Shown here: in pieces, positions 59,640-64,000 of the stretch
Layout of the letters: every line of letters begins with the position of its first letter
How positions within the stretch are numbered: the stretch's first letter is position 1
Source: Macrostomum lignano
Lineage: Eukaryota
Direction: 5' to 3'
Assembly (NCBI GenBank): GCA_002269645.1
Contig: NIVC01000661.1
Coordinates: 62,001-126,000, forward strand
DNA: 64,000 nucleotides
Translations under genes and position numbers: made by a program
The notes under the pieces: generated by a model
What the model was told of the DNA's origin: nothing
The model's database searches: none
Seen by the model: only the letters and a program-made list of their open reading frames with translations

Positions 59640-60240
59640 ATTTCTGTCCATAGACACATCAAACATTATTCAGTCATAGACACATCAAACTGACACATTA
59701 TTCAGCCATAGACACATCAAACTGACACATTATTCAGCCATAGACACATCAAACTGACACATTATTCAGCCATAGACACATCAAACTGACACATTATTCA
59801 GCCATAGACACATCAAAATGACACATTATTCAGCTATGAGACACATCAAGCTGACACATTATTCAGCTATGAGACACATCAAGCTGACACATTATTCAGC
59901 CATAGACACATCAAACTGACACATTATTCAGTCATAGACACATCAAACTGGCACATTATTCAGTCATAGACACATCAAACTGACACATTATTCAGTCATA
60001 GACACATCAAACTGACACATTATTCAGTCATAGACACATCAAACTGACACATTATTCAGTCATAGACACATCAAACTGACACATTATTCAGCCATAGACA
60101 CATCAAACTGACACATTATTCAGTCATAGACACATCAAACTGGCACATTATTCAGTCATAGACACATCAAACTGACACATTATTCAGTCATAGACACATC
60201 AAACTGACACATTATTCAGTCATAGACACATCAAACTGAC
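59640..60240. repeat. 32-bp minisatellite (ACTGACACATTATTCAGCCATAGACACATCAA), block 1
   Basis: Tandem units are visible. Confidence 0.96.
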
Positions 60241-61139
60241 TGGATTAGCTCTGCCTAAAAGTGCATCAGTTAAATCCAGTCCTAGTCGAAAAGCCCGAAA
60301 ACAATAAAATTCTGACAGTCTCTGAAAATGTCAGTTGAAAAGCACAGAACGCCAAACAGACAGACAATCAAGTGACATTGGGCCATTCAGATTCGGAATG
60401 GAACAGAAAATAAAACGCGACTTTTTTATTGCATTTGCTTGAGACAATGGCTGCAGGAAATTCCGCTGTCAGTAAAAGGGACCTGTTTAGCTGGGGAGAA
60501 AAACTTCCCCATCTAATATTAGGAAGAATTTCAGATTGTGGCAAGTTCGCTCCGCCAGCATCCACTGGATAGAGCAGAGCACATAGTGAAACCCCATCTC
60601 AAGTCTGAAATCTGCACATATCCCAGAAACCGACAGAAGTTTTGTCCGCTCGAATGGAGCGAGCAAAATCCCTGAACAAGATATTGCAAACCCAGCAACT
60701 CTCCCTGGCCTGGGTGCATCAGATGATGCTGCATGGGATAAGGCTGGGATTTCTTAGAATTGATGAAGATTGCTCTGCTATTGGGGAGTTGAGAGACAGT
60801 CAGTCCATTTGTATAGAGGCTGACTGGTTGCTTTCAAGCACTGACTTCTCTTAGATGAAATCTGAAATGCTTCGAAAGTGTCTCGTTTCGGCAAACAGCT
60901 TCCTTTGCGCCTCATCACTTGGCAAAATGAGTTTGGTAAGTCTGGCTTGAGCCGACTTGCTTTTGTGTGTTCAGGCAAGAGCTTGTTTAAACTGCGTGTT
61001 GAATTCATGATTTCGTAGGATTTGAATAGATGAAAGCTATGAATAGAATGAATAGATGAATTCCATAGATGAAAGCTATGAATAGAATGAATAGATGAAT
61101 TCCATAGATGAAAGCTATGGACTGGCATCACTCATAGGC

Positions 61140-63030
61140 ACACCGAACTGACACATTATTCAGTCATAGACAGATCAAGCTGACACATTATTCAGCCATA
61201 GACACATCAAACTGACACATTATTCAGCCATAGACACATCAAACTGACACATTATTCAGTCATAGACACATCAAGCTGACACATTATTCAGCCATAGACA
61301 CATCAAGCTGACACATTTTTCAGCCATAGACACATCAAACTGACACATTATTCAGCCATAGACACATCAAACTGACACATTATTCAGCCATAGACACACC
61401 GAACTGACCCATTATTCAGCTATAGACACATCAAGCTGACACATTATTCAGCCATAGACACATCAAACTGACCCATTATTCAGCTATAGACACATCAAAC
61501 TGACACATTATTCAGCTATAGACACATCAAACTGACAAATTCTTTAGTCATAGACACACCGAACTGACACATTATTCAGCTATAGACACATCTGACTTAC
61601 ACATTATTCAGTAATAGACACATCAAGCTGACACATTATTCAGCCATAGACACATCAAGCTGACACATTATTCAGCCATAGACACACCGAACTGACCCAT
61701 TATTCAGCTATAGACACATCAAGCTGACACATTATTCAGCCATAGACACATCAAACTGACACATTATTCAGCCATAGACACATCAAACTGACACATTATT
61801 CAGCCATAGACACATCAAACTGACACATTATTCAGCTATAGACACATCAAACTGACAAATTCTTTAGTCATAGACACACCGAACTGACACATTATTCAGC
61901 TATAGACACATCTGACTTACACATTATTCAGTAATAGACACATCAAACTGACACATTATTCAGCCATAGACACATCAAACTGACACATTATTCAGCCATA
62001 GACACACCGAACTGACCCATTATTCAGCCATAGACACATCAAACTGACACATTATTCAGTCATAGACACATCAGACTGACCCATTATTCAGCCATAGACA
62101 CACCAAACTGACACATTATTCAGCCATAGACACATCAAACTGACACATTATTCAGTCATAGACACACCGAACTGACACATTATTCAGCCATAGACACATC
62201 AAACTGACACATTATTCAGCCATAGACACATCAAACTGGCACATTATTCAGCCATAGACACATCAAACTGACACATTATTCAGCCATAGACACATCAAAC
62301 TGACACATTATTCAGCCATAGACACATCAAACTGACACATTATTCAGCCATAGACACATCAAACTGACACATTATTCAGCCATAGACACATCAAACTGAC
62401 ACATTAATCAGCCATAGACACATCAAACTGACAAATTCTTTAGTCATAGACACACCGAACTGACACATTATTCAGCTATAGACACATCAGACTTACACAT
62501 TATTCAGCCATAGACACACCGAACTGAAACATTATTCAGCCATAGACACACCAAACTGACACATTATTCAGCCATAGACACATCAAACTGACACATTATT
62601 CAGCCATAGACACATCAAACTGACAAATTCTTTAGTCATAGACACACCGAACTGACACATTATTCAGCTATAGACACATCAGACTTACACATTATTCAGC
62701 CATAGACACATCAGACTTACACATTATTCAGCCATAGACACACCAAACTGACACATTATTCAGCCATAGACACACCAAACTGACACATTATTCAGCCATA
62801 GACACATCAGACTGACCCATTATTCAGCCATAGACACATCAAACTGACACATTATTCAGCCATAGACACATCAAACTGACAAATTCTTTAGTCATAGACA
62901 CACCGAACTGACACATTATTCAGCTATAGACACATCAGACTTACACATTATTCAGCCATAGACACACCGAACTGAAACATTATTCAGCCATAGACACACC
63001 AAACTGACACATTATTCAGTAATAGACACA
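61140..63030. repeat. 32-bp minisatellite, block 2 (same family as 59640-60240)
   Basis: Tandem units are visible. Confidence 0.96.
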
Positions 63031-63322
63031 CACTGAAACTCAGTTGAGTCTTTTAAGATCAAAAAGCAAAGCTAAGCTGAACAGTTTTCAACAATTTAGG
63101 CTCGGCAAGTTTTATAGACAGTGGAAATACAAGTATAAAAGCACGTTGAAGTACATTATGCACTATTAATTAATACTCTTAGCCAAACGCGCGAAAGCAG
63201 TTTTAAGATAATTCTGCTCTAACAGTTGCCTCGAATTAAAAGCAGATTCACAGCCAATGCGAAAGACAATGCAGGGGACAAGTTTGACTGTGCTAAGGAA
63301 TGGGGCAGTGGTTCTTCTGGGA

Positions 63323-64000
63323 TCACAGCGGTACACCAGGTGAGTCAGCGGCTAAACTGAATGCCGTCTGGTGCTGCTGCTGCTCTGCTACCGAGAGCGC
63401 CAGGACCTCCTCGTAGGTCGGCAGACGGAACTCCAACTCCGAGACGCCCGCCACCGACTCGTCTCGCGGCGGCGCCGTAGGCGACAATGGACGACGCCGA
63501 CTACCCGCAGTTTTGTTGCCACCCGGCCTTGTGACGGCGGCTGCTGGCGGCTGGATTTGATGTTGCCGTCTGAGCTGCTGCTGCTGCTGCAGCCGCCTGC
63601 GCCTCCAGTGCCGCTGGCAGGGCGCCGACGGCTCGCAGCAGCAGTAGAGAACGCAGGAAGCGGCGAAGGCGGCCGTCACGATGCCTCCGGCCACCAGCAG
63701 CAGAAGTCGCAGTCCACCAAGTCCACCAGGCCGCAGTTGGCGGCACCGGGTCCACAGCCGGTCCCTGTCGTAGCTGTCGGTGGTGGCGCACCAGCGGAAG
63801 GCCTCCTCCGAGCCGCCGCTCGGCACGCACTGACTGTGCCAGGAGCCGTTCAGCTTGAAGGGGAACCGGCAGCGGCGGCCCGGGTCGTTTCCCGCCTCGG
63901 TGGCCTCGGTGTCCGGGCAGCGGCGCTCCTGGCCGAGGCTTGTTCGACAGAACCACGCGCTGCCGCCGCTGGCGTCGCCGACGCCGCGCTGGACGCACTG
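63323..64000 (-). CDS. Fibronectin type II domain single-pass membrane protein (3' part; 5' end lies outside the window)
   Basis: The frame is open from 64000. FN2 domain CRFPFKLNGSWHSQCVPSGGSEEAFRWCATTDSYDRDRLWTRC, a hydrophobic segment LLLLVAGGIVTAAFAASCVLY followed by CCC, a cytoplasmic tail with LPTYEEV, and a stop at 63323. Confidence 0.88.
   Translation of the reverse strand, partial: QCVQRGVGDASGGSAWFCRTSLGQERRCPDTEATEAGNDPGRRCRFPFKLNGSWHSQCVPSGGSEEAFRWCATTDSYDRDRLWTRCRQLRPGGLGGLRLLLLVAGGIVTAAFAASCVLYCCCEPSAPCQRHWRRRRLQQQQQLRRQHQIQPPAAAVTRPGGNKTAGSRRRPLSPTAPPRDESVAGVSELEFRLPTYEEVLALSVAEQQQHQTAFSLAADSPGVPL

Noticed and set aside
59127-59693. 188-aa plus-strand ORF and minus-strand exon candidate (acceptor at about 59550)
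   Set aside because: No recognisable family and conflicting strands. RNA-seq is needed.
60870-60925. Second hammerhead-like string on the minus strand (GTGATGAGGC...GCCGAAACGAGAC)
   Set aside because: The core C of CUGA is replaced by G and there is no NUH cleavage triplet, so it is chance or a dead relic.

Overview
This is eukaryotic, repeat-rich genomic DNA: GC-rich exons with poly-Ala/poly-Gln runs, GT-AG introns, and more than 25 distinct mini/microsatellite arrays. The style resembles a free-living flatworm such as Macrostomum, but that is an inference and is not provable from the window. Genes rebuilt by hand from splice signals and recognisable motifs are: the last exon of a CPED1-like gene (+, 907-1242); an unknown coiled-coil gene (-, about 14.7-11.0 kb); a CCDC190-like gene (-, 21.7-18.9 kb); a complete 10-exon MUS81 (-, 38377-23905, 893 aa); a LENG8/THP3-family gene (+, 44108-47684) head-to-head with MUS81; and the 3' part of a fibronectin type II single-pass membrane protein (-, 64000-63323). 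Mobile DNA includes an internally deleted RTE-clade LINE, a 5.3-kb non-autonomous Helitron-like element plus a second inverted partial copy, a Mutator-type MITE with a 9-bp TSD, a TA-flanked MITE, tRNA-derived SINEs, and a Penelope-like GIY-YIG relic with a minimal hammerhead-ribozyme motif. The most notable signals are (i) a composite Helitron carrying TTAGGG tracts, stacked 3' terminators and a satellite grown from its own sequence; (ii) an ATAGACAC core shared by many otherwise unrelated minisatellites; and (iii) the hammerhead motif. Most long ORFs in the supplied track are artefacts of tandem repeats.
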